DNA of 60,274 nt, the filler included. It is 8 parts of 8 records of this genome, joined end to end, with 100 filler letters (N's around TTAATTAATTAA, not from the genome) between each part and the next. Parts side by side here need not be neighbours in the genome. Positions count along the whole stretch, not along the records: positions 53,079 to 60,274 come from DRR723986_14445; 7 more parts are not named here. One strand, written 5' to 3'. A model generated the notes under the pieces. The model ran no database searches. It was not told the DNA's origin and worked only from the letters and a program-made list of their open reading frames with translations. Position 1 is the stretch's first letter. Each line of letters starts with the position of its first letter. This document shows, one piece after another, positions 59,807 through 60,274 of this stretch. The position numbers were made by a program, and so were the translations under genes.

Positions 59807-60274
59807 AGTCAATTGACTTTGGCATGAGCGCTGCGCCTCCTCTTTACAATCGGCGGCTTACTTTTTTCTTTTTTGTTAGTTGTTGAGAGCGCAGCGTGGC
59901 TGCATTGAGGCTGATTGGATCTGTGGATTCCGGCAGACTTTGGGTTTGTGCAGCATGCATTTAACATTTGGGAATTAGAGACTGAGGGTTTGATTTCTAT
60001 TTTTTTTGGGAGGGGGCTTGGAGATGCAGTTCCGCGAGCATAAGAATCTGTCAGACGCGGAGCGCGGAGCAAGCGAATAATTCTCGCAAGCTGGCACTGA
60101 GAATGCTGCGGAGCATTAACATACTCAGATACATTCAGTCTGCAGTCAGAGTGTGCACGAGCTTACAGATCCTGGAGGGTTAGCGGCTGGAGAATGTAAT
60201 TCTGCGAGTGAATAGCTGTACGAGAGAAAAGCAGAGGTTTTGCGGGGTTCTCTTTGAGAAGATCAATGGGTCCG

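Overview
This window is not one locus. It is eight contigs joined by 100-nt linkers (N44-TTAATTAATTAA-N44), and the contigs appear to come from two organisms. Contigs 1 (1-7256), 3 (12683-19054), 7 (42784-52978) and 8 (53079-60274) look like an FCB-group bacterium, possibly Kapabacteria/Ignavibacteria-like (inferred from a type IX secretion C-terminal domain, TAnnTTTG promoters and acidic lipoprotein tails). Contigs 2, 4, 5 and 6 look like a GC-richer gammaproteobacterium, probably Marinobacter-like (priA-rpmE-maeB-mrcA; ampD-DUF1631-nadC; hda-DUF2066; RND pumps). Most genes are housekeeping. The standout is the ~1.4-kb gap without a credible gene in contig 7 (46438-47820). It contains (i) a ~110-nt transcript with an ECF-sigma-type promoter and its own terminator, and (ii) a sigma-54-type promoter with paired TGTCA-N15-TGACA upstream sites, followed by a ~500-590-nt non-coding stretch with many long helices (9, 12, 9, 16 and 9 bp), a long-range pseudoknot and a 22-bp bidirectional terminator. 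It lacks the hallmarks of RNase P RNA, tmRNA, SRP RNA or self-splicing introns and is a candidate new large structured ncRNA. Other points of interest: a tandem array of four paralogous lipoproteins, a dispersed repeat family near FCB contig ends, a putative HTH-TPR regulator facing a small orphan gene, and a frameshifted diguanylate cyclase. All helices were paired by eye; no folding or database search was run.
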